Below, one piece after another: positions 37,601-50,558 of a DNA stretch of 64,000 nucleotides. This stretch comes from Phoronis australis (lineage: Eukaryota > Animalia > Phoronida): NCBI GenBank assembly GCA_002633005.1, contig NMRA01000387.1, positions 330,372-394,371 of the forward strand. Reading direction: 5' to 3'. A model generated the notes under the pieces. That model did not search any database and was not told where the DNA came from. It worked only from the letters and a program-made list of their open reading frames with translations. The position numbers and the translations under genes are program-made. Every line of letters begins with the position of its first letter. Position 1 is the first letter of the stretch.

Positions 37601-39449
37601 GTTGAAACTTAGCAGACCGGAAAGATTATGCCCTCTCTGTGTTAGGCCATGTGTCGAGTCAGAATATCATTTTGTTACTAACTGTCCATTTTACGATGAC
37701 GTTAGGAAACGGTATTTGCCTGCATGAAGCTACAACAATCCCAGTGTTACAAAATTCAACAAACTTATGACTATGGAGGAAAAAGATCTTATATGGTTAA
37801 CATGTAAATAAATGTTCATTTCGCATTCAAGCGAAGAAGAGCTCGTGTTACTGTTCGTGTCTGACACTTACCTCTATTGTATTTGGTGATTCGATTGTAA
37901 CAAGGACCGGAGGCCTAGTTTTTGAATAAATATATATACATATGTACTGTCAACGGATTAACGTCTACCACCGATGTCATCACTTGGCGGGAAACCAATT
38001 TTTCTTTAAAATTCAAAATACCTCAGTTCCCCAAAAAGTGCTTGTTCAGATAGATTTTGTGTTATGAAATTCTTGTACACAGTCTAAAACCCCAAAAAGT
38101 GCAAAAATCTCTGGTAGGAATGCTTAGGCGTTTTTGCTCTCCCTTCCACGCACGCGAATTGGTTTGTTTCCTCCACGCCATTGTATATTCAAGATGGTGG
38201 ATGAAACCGTGGACTAGTGCATATTAAAGAGGCTGTGTCTCATTAAATTAATTGTGAATACGCAAATGAAATACTACAAACAATCCCGGGTCTTCGATGT
38301 GCCCAAAAATCAGTTACCATTACAATTTGGCGAAAGTCTCCTTTTGCGAGACTATTTTTATGTATATGAGTATGGTAATATTTCATCGTTACCATATTGA
38401 AACAAGGCACAGTTTTTATTACTTGTTTATTTCACTGTCAAATACCGATTGCGCACTATTTGGAATATTAGGTTTTTTATATGTTAACACTTGTTTTTAA
38501 GTTATGGCGTTTTCTTTAAAATCGCGATTTATTTACAAATCGTTTCTTTTCCTGATTATACTTGTACTAGCAGTTCTCCAGCAAGTCACTAGGTGACGCT
38601 TGATACAAATTTGAATACTCACGGTTTTAATGAGACACGGCAACTTTAAATACACCTCTTTATGCCACGTTATTTTGTAAACATACTTATGAGATTGTGT
38701 CTAAGATTTCATTACTCAGAACTCCCTAAAAGGAAATCTTTTTTCAGTTGAACGACAACTTCACCGTCACCTTTTCCTACAACTTGTTAGTTCTTGGACT
38801 CAAAGAATCTTTGATGTATCTTCTAATATTCGCTCGATGGGTTTTGCCACTCCAACACTTAACGTACGCCCAGCTTTCTGACACATTGCTCCTTTATATT
38901 GGAATGGCAGCAGACCTGATGGAACTCATGGACTTTTCCAACAATGCCAAGGCGATGAAAGACTGGAACTTTGTCTACGCGTTGCTCAGCGTCTGGACGT
39001 TAAGTCTCTTCCAGTTCACATACGTACTCGTACCAACAGACAATCAGGACTCGAAAGCGCGCCAAATCACGTGCAGTTGCAATGCAGTAAACAGCGAAGT
39101 GCTTGGAATGCTGCTGAATTTGTTCATGATGTATATCCCATTCGCCGCTATCCGTATAGTTGCCATGGTTCTATACAAAGGTGTGTCGTACTCCAGCGTT
39201 TTCTTCATGGTTAAAAATCTCGCCATGATTTTACTCAGCCTTAATCGTTTGATTGCGCTGCTCTGCGGAAGCGAAAGTCGGGAGAGGCAGGTGTCGAGAA
39301 CAAGTGAGGAACAACTCGAAATGGGAACTTTAAAGATCCCAGCCACCACATCGAAAGCTAACGAGTTGGTGGGACACGGGGAGGCTGATCAGGAGTTAGA
39401 AGGAATCCATAACGTTGCCTTTGTTGAACTTGAACGTGGTGATTCCTAA
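28668..39449 (+). CDS. TMEM26: TMEM26-family protein, paralog 3 (exons 28668-28876, 29496-29628 [duplicate at 32768-32900], 38748-39449; ~347 aa)
   Basis: Conserved exon phases (AG|gtaaac; ttccag|C...ATC|gtaagg; tttcag|TTG) and the same TMEM26 motifs. Confidence 0.85.
29651..29805. mobile_element. MITE with 5-bp TSD (ATTAA); duplicate copy at ~32923-33077
   Basis: CATAGGCGGATTC...GAATCTGCCTCTG flanked by ATTAA. Confidence 0.8.
30386..30966. mobile_element. Non-autonomous TIR element (MITE), copy 2
   Basis: Alignable along its length with 13817-14400 and has the same TIRs. Confidence 0.85.
31264..31516. mobile_element. MITE with 5-bp TSD (GAATT)
   Basis: CATGCGCGCACCCAG...CTGGGTACGCGCATG flanked by GAATT/GAATT. 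Confidence 0.85.
31876..32011. mobile_element. Small TIR element (AGAGTTCAGTAAC...GTTACTGAACTCT)
   Basis: 13-bp inverted termini. Related sequence occurs at ~2636-2720 and ~2935-2960 in paralog-1 intron 2. Confidence 0.65.
32043..33207 (+). repeat. Duplicated segments at an n join (32043-32760 = 27938-28655; 32762-33207 = 29490-29936), including a second exon 2; likely unmerged haplotype
   Basis: Near-identical copies abut the single n characters at 29937 and 32761. Confidence 0.85.
36040..37945 (+). mobile_element. Degenerate 5'-truncated non-LTR retrotransposon (LINE ORF2 RT with C-terminal CCHC), in paralog-3 intron 2
   Basis: GVFPKE.TKSIIVP; QAAFSKGHSTVDH; AFVDFKAA; GLKQGSQLSPFLFILFLND; WKLIVNMSKTK; KYLG; VRGEMGR; RLCPLC...ESEYHFVTNCPFY. 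Ends with AATAAA and a (TA)n tail. Many stops and frameshifts. Confidence 0.9.
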
Positions 39450-39610
39450 AAATCTGTGTAAGTATTGTGAAAGGCGACTCAGACATCTTAGAAACAGTCA
39501 AGTCCGCTGAAGATTATCGATGCTCTACTAAAACATTCGCTATAATGGAGTTAAAGTATTTGTGAGTATAATGGTAAGGTAAAATCTATTAATATTGGTA
39601 TAGTATTTGA

Positions 39611-39720
39611 GGAGGCAGTGTGACCTAGTGTGATAGGTGACCACTTTCTCTCTCGAGTTAGTGAGTTCTAGTCCCACTGCTAGACCCTCGAGTCGAGTTT
39701 CTATCTCCTCAGCTCGGTTT
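39611..39720 (+). mobile_element. Degenerate tRNA-derived SINE-like head
   Basis: GAGGCAGTGTGACCTAGTG (A-box-like) and GAGTTCTAGTCCC (B-box-like). Confidence 0.4.
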
Positions 39721-42700
39721 GAACTATACATTAATAATGCACAATAATGGTTTCATGTGGTCATTGCAACGGTGTACTAGACCGCCAGCAATCATATTTT
39801 TATTGTAGTACTCGGAATGAATAATAAAGGGACTTATTATCCGTCTTAACTTGCCACTCCTTTTTAACGTAATGTCGTTCGAACTCAAAAAGACCAATTG
39901 AGATATTCTTTGGTTGTGATTTCTGGAGATCTATCGACACTATTGAATATGCGTTGGGTAGAAAACATTCAGTGATTTGTATAGGAAGTGACTCAAAGGA
40001 AAGGCATGAAAGTGACGATGACTGTATCAGCGGCAGTTGTATGGGAAGGATTTGGGTCTTTCTCCATCGAAATATGGGTTCTTAGAAGTCAGACGACGTA
40101 ATTCAAGGCTAAAACGTTAACTATATCCATCGTTGTAAGACCAGCAATGTTGCTTGAGGTAATACAGTTCAATGTTGGTGTACACCAAGTTCAAATGACG
40201 CCAAGCCAACAAGTTCTGATCGACAGCTGTCCGCCACGACGACGTCGCGGCATTTTGCTGTGCTGTCGTTCTGGTCAAAACAAATGACTCAGCGTAATGG
40301 AGTCTCCACGATAGAAACTTTATCTGTGAAAGTTTTGTAAAATAAACCACGACTCGAATTCTAATGATATCCAGGCACGTGAATTTACAAATAAAGTGTG
40401 TCGGTTTCACAAATTATTTTCTCTATGGATTTCTTGTGTTTCGTCGAAAGTTTTGGCCACCAATCAAAACTATTTTCTGGTAACTACAGCTTTCTACATT
40501 GGTGAAGTAGTAGTTTTGGAAAAAACAAAAGCGATCCGTACATTTATACAAAACCTATGCAACAGACAAATACTACGTGTGTACGCCTTATGTCTATTTA
40601 CAACCTCACTAATGATTTTTTTAATTAGAAGAAATTGAATATCTTTACTCGAACAATGGAGAGTGATTGGTTAGGTTGTTAGTCTCAGTCTGAGTCAAGT
40701 CTCAGCTAGGAGATTATATCCGGGTCCAGAACATGGTTTGCAGCGACGTTTTTGTGATTTGAGTACAGCGTTGTTTAAAAATCATTGCATACTACTCATG
40801 TTGGGCTACTATTGTCTTCTCGCTTTTTCTGGTAGTACAGACCGAAAATGTTGTACACGATAAATTTGACGTATTGTCACGTTGTTGTTGTCAGACGTTA
40901 CTCCTGTAGCTGTTGGGGCTGTTGGAGACGAACGTGGATACGTTTAAATCTACGGCTAGCGTACAAGTTCATTATGATGATGGTGATGGATATGGTGTAC
41001 AGGGTTGACATACTCCAAATGGGGTTTGACGAAATGTATCCATCCAAATTTCAGAAAGATGTCCCGAAGCACAGCGGAAGTATGTCTCAATAGACATATG
41101 TTCACGAGACACAAGCCGTGTGCAAATTTCACATAAATCGGATGAAAAATGCGACCTCTAGCGTAAGAAGAACAACATTATTGTATGACAAAACAACACA
41201 TTTGGCGAAAAAATCGCCATGTAAAAAGTGCACATTTTCAATTTTTAATTATTCAACTTCCAATTTACGTAAGTTTGCATGTCAAATTCAAATCTAACAA
41301 CGCAGCGTAAATTTGAACAAGCTAAAGTCGCAAACTTCAAAATCGAACCACACATTACAGTTAAATTGTCTGTCAATTAGAAGTAGGCCGTCGGACTCTA
41401 CTAACTAACTGGGTAAGCCTGAAAAATTGTACTGTCAAACAAGGATGACGTAACCACTGAATTAGCGCCATTTTCGCCACTTAGTGGTTACTTCAAGAGA
41501 AATCCGCCATGACTGAAGAGCACTGCTAAAATTGGGTAACTTATATGGCCGTAGCGATGAATTTAAAGTTGTTTGTAGAATGGTTAAACAGAACAGGCCT
41601 GAACCATACCTATTTCATCAGAAATCAGTAAAAGTATAACCGCCTTCATATTAAGAGAGTTTGCTGCATTTCACTGGCTTATCTTTTCACTTATTCCTCG
41701 TCAGGAAAACTTGCTGCTTAAACAAACAGGCCAAAAGTCTGGTAATGTAATACACGTAAGCCGTGCGCCCTCTGCCGGGGTCGACGTTTGCTAATAAATT
41801 GAGTTAGTTGGGATGAAACTTGATGCAGTCAGTGATCTCCATTCATTTCATAGTTTTATCAGTGACATCTTGACCTCTGTATTAAAAACCCAAAAGCAAA
41901 AGCTTTCGAAGGTGGCACTGCGCTCACTTTAGGTGGCATTTAATGGTGTTTTGAGTAACGGTTGAACCCAAAGGTCTGTTCTGTTCAGTGGCTGAGCATT
42001 GTGAGCTCTGCTCTAGGTATGATGGCTACAAATGACATACACTTGTTTGTTGAGTGTGATCTGATTGAAAGAATAGGGCCTAACAGTTGTTGAACCTGTG
42101 GCCCATTTTAGCCAGTTGTGTCATTTTGAACCTTAGCAGGACATTCAGATACTCATCGGATACCCGGCCACTGATTTGTAAAAAATCTGTCTGGTGGACC
42201 ATAACCTTTCATCGCAGTGACCTCTATAATCTGGATAGTTTTGGCAGTGTAAATGCACTGTCTCCCAATTCATAGTAATCACTACTCACAGACATGAGAA
42301 TNTATTGATTGGTTTACTTATGGTGCTTTTTAAGTATCTGGGTGCACTTGCCATACTTTCCATAGTCGTATATAATAGAAAAATCATTTGACACCAGTTT
42401 TATTGGACTTTGGGCAAGGTTTTAAAATTTTTTGGCCTAGTATACGTTTCATTTTCAAGTTAAGTTCACTCTGTTGAACAAAGAAATTAATCTGCGTGGC
42501 CCTGGTTTTTAAGCAACAAAACCACTAGATCTTAGTTTCACTCTGCGCGCGCAGACGAAAAATGAAAAGTGAGGTTGCGTTTAAACGTCCGTTATAATAT
42601 ATAATACATTATGTTTTCTTTTCATAGCTAACAAAAATTACACCATGAGCTTGGCAATAGCTTAGCAGTTATGAGTTTTTAAATCTCTGATTCGTCATTT

Positions 42701-43596
42701 CATTCCCATCTTGATGTGGAGAATGCTGATTTTATTTTATATAACAATTTGGCAACACGTATGCGCTCCTGTACAGTCTGATACCGTACTGTACTGCGCG
42801 ATTTGAAAACGTTAGGCACGTCTTGACTGTCCTTATCAAAAATAACGCCCAGCAACTTCTTTTGTCAATATTGGTTTTTGAATGGCTGCGTTTACATTAC
42901 CGGAGACGTCTTTAAGTGAACACAATATCTGCCCTTACCCTGACAAAAATACTACCGGTGCCTGACTGAGAATTAAATTCTAAATTGTGATTTTCGTAGC
43001 CTACGAGAGTTTAAGTAAATAAATTCATATTACTCGTAATACCATCGAACGTACGCAAATATAGTACACGTTTTTATCCAAAGGGATAATAACGGTTGTA
43101 TTAATAACGCATGTTAAATAAGTTTGTAAATCTACACATTGTTGTATAATAAAAATTGCACACGTCAATCCCCTGAGATAAGGATTATGGATATCTTTTG
43201 TGTCGCCAAATGATTAATATAAGATAAAGACAGTTCACAAATATCCATCGTATCCACGTGTTCATGAACAGCATACTCTGCAAGCAGGCCCGTTTCCGAC
43301 TAATTAGGCTTACTAGGGGTCGGTGTCCGCCTGACAACGACGCCCTTGATTTCTGATACCTTTATCAGTCATAATTTATAGGGTAGCGTACACCCCCGTT
43401 TTTAGAAAGGATTAAGCCTGTAAAAATGAGGGGCGTTTGCTCTTCAAATTGAATGTTTGCTTACATCTCGTGGTCCGGACGTCAATTGCAAAGAAACTGG
43501 CTTCGATCGTGGATATCATAAACTCTGCAGTGTAGTTCTGGATTTTTCAAATCATTTCGTTGAACACCTGATTTTGAAAGAAGGGATATCCCAAAA

Positions 43597-46500
43597 ATGG
43601 GTTTTCGCGACAGCAAGTGTTTCCTCACTAGCACAGCAGTGGTAACACGTGCGCTGTTTGTTATTTACGACATTGTCGTAATATGGAGTTTATACCACTC
43701 CAAGGAAAGCGAACCACTTTGGTGGTTGTTCATTTTCTCTGTGGTGCCTCTCGTGGGTGAGATGGTCATCGTAATCGTCTTCAACGGCGGGAGAGAATGG
43801 AACAGGTAAGGACCACGCTAATTTAAATGCTCACTTACGTTGCAATTGAATGGTACTGAAAAATATTTTGCAAATAGTACATATCGCTTAGGCTTAAACG
43901 GTTTTGGCCTATGAACAGATGCTAAAGATGACTTTCCAACCCAGTTCTTTGGAACAAAATAGTGCTCTGTATCCCTCGATATCCCTCAAAAGATTGGAGG
44001 AAATTCTAAAACTTCTTTCAAAGTCTGCTGAACAGGCGTGACCTACGCTTCTAGCGAATTACAAGGCAACTGTGGGAAAAGAGCACCAATCAAGGACCAT
44101 AATGCCCATTTTGTCGTGAAATAGGAGGTATGAGTTTTTAGTTAAGTTCTGATTAACCCCAATGATGCATTAGCAGGTGACAGAACACGGACTGGTTGAA
44201 ATCATCAAAACGGTTTCGTAGCCTTTTTTAAAACAAAAGAAGGTTTGCTATGCAAAAAGACTAGGTGGGTTGTTCTGGAAACACATCGCTCGGTGATCGG
44301 ATATCGGGTATTGCAAAATGCTATATGTATCAATGGAATATCGGTCTTAAGCAAAATGTTAATATTGAGACATTAGATAACAGAGGTCGGCATCACACTT
44401 AATATTATGAACCAGTTTGTGCGTTTAGCCAAATATCTCTGAAGTTGCAGAATTCAAGTGAGTATTTCATTTTCGGATAGTAGAGCGCATGAAAAATTTG
44501 ATTGTTGATTTTATTCATCTGTTATGACATGCTCATACCTTTTCGAAAAAATTGTCAAAAAGAAAGTTACAATTACAGCAAAAAAAACGGTATCAATTTC
44601 AAGATTTTGTTTCGTTGAATATTTGTGAGGAAGTCGCATTATCGCTGTTACAGTTTTATGAATTTCCCAAATCGTTTTCGTTTTGTACATTGAGGTTGCT
44701 CTATAAAAATCATGCCCCAATACTAGATAGCAGTTCATAACCAAATGGAGAATTTTGCAAATAATTCATAATAGCATTTTGGAGAGCGGTGCATTAAGCG
44801 AAGTGTGCAAAAGTTTCATTTGAATCAGATGAGCCCTCTTTGAGATCTGGTGATCAACAATTAACCAAATTTTGACATTTTTGAGCTCATAAGCTTGGTT
44901 GAGTAAACAGTAGCATTTTCTGAAAATCAATGGCCTGCAGAATTTAATTTAATCTTCATACAAATTTGCTATTGATTGGGTCGCATGACCAGAACGTATT
45001 AGCTGACAAAAAAGAAGGGGAAATTTATTGCAAACTGAATTTCGTTTGACATAAAGTTTTGAAGATGAAATCTCAAAAGCGAAATTACTTTCTCAATCAG
45101 TGTTACCGTTTCGTCATCGCTTTGTGTAATTTTTCACCAAAAACCCTAAACGTCCCACACCAGTTAATAGCGTGAGAAAAAGTCTCCCGGAATCGGAGTG
45201 GCGGAAGTTGGTTTTTCAAGATGTCGGACAAAATGGCGGCCAAATGTACAGATGGCCACTGTAACTCGATAGTGGAATGCAATAGAGTAAAAATTCAAAA
45301 AGTTTTATTTGTCTTTTGTGGGTCAACAAGTCCATTGGAAATGATTTTGCATGGCTGTGGTGACAGCGTCCGCCATTTTTCAAGATGGCTGCCAAAACTA
45401 TACTTCGAGTCGTGGAACTTCAGAACGAGCAGATGAGTGTGGCGTCTTGATTTAAACATTGGATCATAGGTTTCCTGTGTCAACTAATCCATTGAGACTT
45501 ATTGTGCTTAGTTGTAGTGATTACTTCCGCCATTTCCACCAAATAGTTGCTTTGTGTGTAACTTTCAGATGCCAGAGACACGCCATCTTCACAGATTTCA
45601 TCTCATTAGTTTTTTTACTGAGGTAAACACATCCATTAGGCTGCGTACAAGTAGTGCTATCCTCTATGCAAATGTGCATTTTAGAACAAAGTTATTAGAG
45701 AGCGTGACGTGTTGTGTTTGTTTTTGAGATCAAGTTCTTAAGGCAGTTATAAATGCGTGGTTCGCTGAAGAAACTAAATTTTGATACAGACCACCTACCA
45801 CTATATTTTTTTTTTCAAAAATGTCCTTACTCAAAATTAATTTTTGGTATGTTTTCCACAGTTCGTTATTCCTCGAGACCATGAACGGCGAATAAAATGA
45901 CACGGCGAGACTGTCAAATTGTAGGGCTTGGTCTTAAGCAATTACAAAATGTCCATTCTTTCCATGCCAGCTGGCAGCTAGAAAACGCAATTTTGACTTG
46001 GGAATAATTTGCGATCAAATGCGAAATGGTACATGTAAGTGATCTAAACCAAAATATATTTTTGTGAGGGAAGATAGCTTTATAGTCGATTGAAATGTCT
46101 TCAGCAACCATATTTTTGTGAAACCTTTTCATACTTTTAGTGTCTTCTGTCCGAGTTTCTTCATATTCATCCTGTGCGTAGCGCCCCAACTGTGGCTCGT
46201 TGAGATAAACCGCATCGAGAGACTAAACAACAACCGAACAGTCGACAACAATGAAGTTACACTCTCGGCAACATTCGTAAGTTTATCTTTTATTCCATGA
46301 CTGTTTTGTGGCCATTCTTGGCCTAGATGTTTGCATATGATTTACGGTCACGCCAGACACTTCCGGCTCACGCCATCTTTATTACCAGTGTTCAAAAATG
46401 TTAACGCTGCATTTCGCCCTGTTTGTCAGCGCCAGTGTATGCATACATTGCATATAGTTTATGTATTTGCCGGCAGAGGGCCTGTCAGTCTTTTAATCAG

Positions 46501-47937
46501 ATCGGACGCCACTTGTGTTGCTTAGTGTAATATAAGTCGCTTCAAGCTCACGTCGTCAGTTCCCAATTTATGTCGATTCCACTGCTGCTACGACGACAGC
46601 TGATAATAAAAAAAACTATTAGCAGCGTGTAGTGGCGCTGGCTAAAAAACTAAAACCGAATTAGGCCTTCACTCTCATAAAAACGAACTATTATTTTCCT
46701 TGATAGCACGCCAGTTCCGTTTTAAAAAGAAGATGAGCATCGAAACCATCGGCGACTACTTTATACGCATTGCACAAACTTTGATATTCCTGGAATTAGA
46801 AAAACACCAATGTTCCCAATAAAACCATATCATGGTACTCATATTTTTTACATTTTTGACACCCTTTTTACAATGTAGATAAGTAGTTTACATATACGCG
46901 ACTATCATTTTACTTTTGTTTCTTATCAGAATTCGGTGAATGAATTTTGAGGAAAAAATACGGGCACGCCTTTGATTCATTAGGTTTATTTACCGTGAGA
47001 AGTCGTCTGTCAAAAACCACGTTCGTATTTAGTCCACTTACGGCTATAAAAGTGGTCTCATCTTGAAGCTTTCTCAGATTAAGCACCATTTTTGGGCTTA
47101 GGAAGAGCTGATTTTTCGATTTTTTTTGAAGAGTAAGCTCCTTAAGCTGGCTTGACCCGGCTGGTCATTCAGTGAACCAAACTTTGTCTTAAGCAATAAC
47201 GAACTTCTCCCCAATCCGAATAAGGAATGAGAGGTGACCAGTTAAGCATATGTATTGAAATGAAGTCCAGAGAAAAAGATTTGAATGTCGACTGAAATGA
47301 TTATTTTAATTGTTCATTATTGTTTCAGTCGGACAAGAACTACTCATTCACTTTTTCGTACGACATGCTAGTGATCGGATTGAAGGAGTCTCTGATGTAT
47401 CTCCTGATATTAGCCCGATGGGTTTTGCCGCTACAACATTTGACGTACGCCCAACTTTCCGACACGTTGCTCCTTTATATTGGAATGGCCGCAGACCTGA
47501 TGGAACTCATGGACTTTTCCAGCAATACCGAGGCGATGAAGGACTGGAACTTCGTCTACGCGCTTCTTGGCGTCTGGACGTTAAGTCTCTTTCAGTTCAC
47601 GTATGTTCTCGTACCAACAGATGATCAGGACGAAAAGTCGCCAAAAATCTCATGCAGTTGCAATGATGTTCACAGCGAAGTGCTTGGAACGCTGCTGAAT
47701 TTGTTCATGATGTATATTCCATTCGCCGCTATCCGTGTAGTTGCCATGGTTCTGTACAAAGGTGTATCGTACTCCAGTGTTTTCTTTATGATTAAAAACA
47801 TGGCGATGATTCTACTAAGTTTCAACCGGTTGATTGCGATGTTTTGCGGGCGCAAACGACGGAAGGACAAAAAACAACGAGAAGAGGACCAGGTCATAGA
47901 AACAATGGAACGTCCAGCAAATGAGGCAGGCGTATAA
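43597..47937 (+). CDS. TMEM26: TMEM26-family protein, paralog 4 (exons 43597-43805, 46141-46276, 47329-47937; ~317 aa)
   Basis: AG|gtaag; ttttag|T GTC TTC TGT CCG...TTC|gtaag; tttcag|TCG. TMEM26 motifs present. AATAAA at 48003. Confidence 0.9.
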
Positions 47938-50510
47938 AAAGTGACCAAAACAGAACAAGACGTGCCCATGTGCTACGTTTGCTTTAAACTGAGATGGCAA
48001 TGAATAAAAAGCATCGACATTTGGCGGGCGGGAGCAGTTTAAAAGACAAGTGTAGATGTTGAATGGAGTTGAGAGATGCTTTAAATGTATGATTTACTGG
48101 AGAAATTGGATAGTATATCTATTTAAGGTACATTACACTAGTTTAGCTGCCATTGTTGAATTCTTAAAGCGACTTTGGATCCGCCTTCAGTTGGATTTAG
48201 ACCACCGTTTTGACATTGGATCTCCCATTGTTCCTTAGTCAAAACAGACGTGATGTCTGAGCGCCGGCAGAGCTGACAGTCCATTACTACCTGAGAACAG
48301 GCTCTACAAGCTGACTTGTCACAGCGCCAGTTTATTCGCCGAGTGGGGCCTCGAGCAGTAACGAACTGTCAGTTCTTTGCGAGATCAAAAATCTCTTCTC
48401 ATCTGAGTACTAAGGAAAGTTGAGACCAGTTTTGAAGTGGTAGGTGGTCTGTACTTTTTTCGACGAAACGGGGGTTTAAGAATTTTGGGGGTTAAAAACC
48501 ACGGTTGTTCGATATTGACTTAGTTGTTATCGAATGAGCCGCCAACTCAAGCCGCAGGCAATGCGCTTATGTGCCATTTTTAATTCGTAATGTTCTTACT
48601 AGTAACGGAAGTTGCTTGATGAAAAATGGAAGTTACAACATTGTTTAGTTACCAATCCGACGTCATGTTTCAATTTCGAGTAAAGCACTGCTTCAGTTTA
48701 AGTGACATTACGATTAAGAAAACTAGCCCCAGCCGCACGCTCTGCTTACGAGCTCAATGAACTCGATAAACCAGTGATTATTTATTTGGTTATGTCACCG
48801 TTATCTACGAATATATGTCACACATCAGCGAGAATTGGTGGTTTGTAATAAAATTGTTTTATAGATCTGGACAAACCTAAAAAATTAAAAAAGTCTCCCG
48901 TTCAGAAATAATCTCAAAATGCGTTTTTTCGGTGGTAAAAACGATAATATTTAACTCAAACTATGCTTTATTCACAAACGGGGCATAAAATGGATTAAAC
49001 ATGGCGATAGGCTGTAGCTGGCACGGCGATTTCGTTCTACAATCACTCTTTTGATACCTTGTGGTTCGGTTTGATAGATATATGACACAATAAAGGTGTA
49101 TATTCGATAATAAAGTAGGTAACTAGAACAAAACGTGGTTTTTCTTTATAGCGTCTCGCTGATGATTCAAAATCGAGTGCTGCATAGCCCGGATGAGAAA
49201 AGATTATAATAGGCCGGTGCAACTCAGTTGCCAACTTAATTAAAACTGCATTTCAACGTCTGTTAGCTGGATAAAACGAATTCCTATTCTTCATAAACTT
49301 TGATCGGTTTCATGACATCCCTCACCTTATCGTAACAGGATACTGTTTCCGTCACCAGCTCAGTCTCGGGCAATCCATGCATGCGTTATTTTCGAATTCG
49401 TTGTGAAGACGGTTTTCTGGAGTCGCTGATGGTTTCGATGTTCTTGGTGATAACGGAAAGAGAATATCACGACAAGGCGCAGTACGTGAGCGATTTTATG
49501 AGAGTAAACGGCCTAATTCGATTTTCATTTTCATGCAGCAAACAGTGCAAAAGGCAGCTTGAAAATACCAAAATCGTTCACTTATATGGTTACCGCAGTC
49601 TGAAATTGAATGGCAGCCGAACTCACGTCGCGTGTTAGAAACTCAATCCCCATTGCACGGAGTAACTCAAAATTATTGGACATATTTCGAACAAAAATAA
49701 CTTGAAAAAGAGACGTATTTAAACGCCGCTAATTGGCAGCATGGCGAAGGTGTGGAAGTTTTTATTTACATTCTTCAAATGGAAGTGAACACACATTTGC
49801 TCTATTTGCCGCGGGAGCCTTTACATCATTACAGAACTTGAAACGAGGCGTTTCGGAAGTGGTGTTTTGTTTCATAGGTGTGCTTGCAAACTTCTTCATC
49901 CCGAAGTTATCTCCATGAAAGAAACGTGGATGCAGAATTAGACCGACACCTACTTCTCGGTCTTCCAATGAGTTATAAAATCCCTCAGTGGAGTTCTGGT
50001 AGTGGGATAGCGCTGTTTGTCTGTTGGCTCAGTAGTTATCTCATGCAAATGGTGGTTTTGGGGTGAAAACTGTTAGTTTTGCTGACTTTTACTCGTTTCT
50101 TTGATAGCCCGTTTCACTTCCGGTAGACACAAACAATCAATAAAGCAATGAACAGTGCCGAAACACCAGACAGCAACGAGTGTCGGTGTTATTCTGAAAT
50201 CGTTGGCATAATTTTGGAGGCCAAGGGGTGGTGGAAATAACTAGGGGTTGGAGTAACAGTTTAGGGTTGGTAAACGCGAGATTATTTCGTATTAAAGAAG
50301 AGAATTGTTTATCACTTGCCATTGTCTTCGATGGCCAATTTCCCACTAGCCAAATATTGCATTATCTCAAGTTGACAGTGCATGTTACTTGCAAGGAGAA
50401 CGATGCCCCGCCGCCTTTAAACATAGCAACGTTTTGTTCAGATAAAACGCTTCAATGAATATTGATACAAGGACACTTGGAAAAAAATAATCTGCTAAAA
50501 GTCAAGAAAA

Positions 50511-50516
50511 TTTATT
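50511..50516 (-). terminator. Putative polyadenylation signal of PDCL3
   Basis: AATAAA on the minus strand, ~43 nt past the stop codon. Confidence 0.55.
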
Positions 50517-50558
50517 AAAAACATTATTGTATTGCAACACCCAGAATTACAAACACAG

